64,000 bases of DNA from an uncultured Prevotellaceae bacterium (GTDB taxonomy: Bacteria > Bacteroidota > Bacteroidia > Bacteroidales > Bacteroidaceae): the NCBI GenBank assembly GCA_902774815.1, contig CACYJV010000002.1, positions 16,373-80,372 of the forward strand, written 5' to 3'. How positions within the stretch are numbered: position 1 is the first letter of the stretch; every line of letters begins with the position of its first letter. Below are positions 63,081-64,000 of the stretch, one piece after another. The translations under genes were made by a program, and so were the position numbers. Below the pieces are notes generated by a model. It was given only the letters and a program-made list of their open reading frames with translations. It ran no database searches and was not told where the DNA came from.

Positions 63081-63953
63081 TTATTTTACCTTGCCCTCTC
63101 CTGCCTGAAGTGTGTTGAGCATGAGCGAGCAGATGGTCATGGGCCCTACGCCGCCTGGCACGGGCGTGATGTATGAGCATTTCGGGGCCACGTGTTCGAA
63201 ATCGACATCGCCCGAGAGTCGGAAGCCACTCTTGCGCGAGGCATCGGGAACACGCGTGGTGCCTACATCAATGACCACGGCACCCTCCTTCACCATGTCC
63301 TCGGTGACGAAGCCCGGACGACCGATGGCCGCGATGATGATGTCGGCCTCGCGACACTCCTCCTTCAGCTGTGGCGAGTGCGAGTGGCACACCGTGACGG
63401 TGGCATCGCCCCATTGCTTCTGCATCATGAGCTGGGCCATGGGCTTGCCCACGATGTTCGAACGGCCCAGCACGACGCACTTCTTGCCCGAGGTCTCAAT
63501 GCCATAACGCTTCAGAAGCGTCATGATGCCGAGTGGCGTAGCCGAGATGAAGCACGGCAGGCCTATGGCCATGCGCCCGACGTTCACTGGATGGAAGCCG
63601 TCGACGTCTTTGTCGGGGTCGATGGCCTCGGTAATCGTCTGCTCATTGATGTGCTTGGGCAATGGCAGCTGGACAATGAATCCGTCGACGTCAACATCGT
63701 CGTTCAACTTCGCTACGCAATCGAGGAGTTCCTCCTCGGTGATGGTGTCCTCAAAGCGCAGCAACGTCGACTTGAAGCCGCAAGCCTCACAAGCCAACAC
63801 CTTGTTCTTCACATAGGTTTCCGAGCCACCGTCGTGGCCCACGAGGACAGCTGCCAGGTGGGGGCGCTTGCCGCCATTGGCCACCATCTCCTTCACTCGC
63901 TCGGCTATCTCGGCCTTGATCTGCGCGGCCGTTGCCTTTCCGTCGATCAACAA
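63081..63953 (-). CDS. folD: Bifunctional methylenetetrahydrofolate dehydrogenase/cyclohydrolase
   Basis: [16 protein letters not shown]...[13 protein letters not shown]...[16 protein letters not shown]...[10 protein letters not shown]. Confidence 0.9.
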   Translation of the reverse strand: MLIDGKATAAQIKAEIAERVKEMVANGGKRPHLAAVLVGHDGGSETYVKNKVLACEACGFKSTLLRFEDTITEEELLDCVAKLNDDVDVDGFIVQLPLPKHINEQTITEAIDPDKDVDGFHPVNVGRMAIGLPCFISATPLGIMTLLKRYGIETSGKKCVVLGRSNIVGKPMAQLMMQKQWGDATVTVCHSHSPQLKEECREADIIIAAIGRPGFVTEDMVKEGAVVIDVGTTRVPDASRKSGFRLSGDVDFEHVAPKCSYITPVPGGVGPMTICSLMLNTLQAGEGKVK

Positions 63954-64000
63954 CCCACCCCCTTCCCCTCCCCAAGGGAGGGGCGATTGGTTAGTCTTTA

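Noticed and set aside
1-64000. Prophage, integrative element, IS element, tRNA or rRNA genes
   Set aside because: I saw no integrase, transposase, phage structural or conjugation motifs in any frame, no tRNA-like cloverleaf ends (for example GGTTCGAATCC), and no rRNA-like segments. Only short non-autonomous repeats are present.

Overview
The window looks like a chromosomal segment from a Bacteroidota genome, probably Prevotella-like Bacteroidales. That assignment is an inference. It rests on TAnnTTTG-type -7 boxes, no Shine-Dalgarno sequences, several T9SS C-terminal sorting domains, and AT-rich intergenic DNA between GC-richer genes. I call 43 CDSs and see no rRNA, tRNA, CRISPR array, integrase or transposase.

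Most genes are housekeeping: trpS, trmD, recJ, recQ, metA, folD, a four-subunit 2-oxoacid:ferredoxin oxidoreductase, ABC exporters, an ABC-F ATPase and several peptidases. The rest are secreted glycan-active enzymes (GH16, PL11, GH43, GH51, GH20), several of them T9SS cargo.

The stand-out is a co-directional minus-strand operon at about 8455-16165, possibly extending to 7563. It encodes:
- a vWA-domain lipoprotein
- a 4-TM protein
- a 514-aa protein with tubulin/FtsZ-type glycine loops
- a 1157-aa protein whose C-terminal half has the actin/Hsp70 (ASKHA) phosphate-1, phosphate-2 and adenosine motifs
- a coiled-coil protein

I cannot assign this gene set to any characterised system. I flag it as the best candidate for a novel NTPase-driven, envelope-linked machine or conflict system.

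The non-coding DNA is also unusual:
- three dispersed arrays of a strictly 22-bp-phased degenerate repeat with core AAAGCAnTG
- many 7-9-nt microsatellite-like 5' leaders that abut start codons
- two palindromic REP-like families
- a roughly 130-bp long inverted repeat with a partial in-frame copy inside a U32 gene
- a GC-rich module coding GEG(R/Q/K)GG, embedded in frame in two unrelated ABC ATPases

All calls come from reading the sequence and ORF translations. No database search was run.
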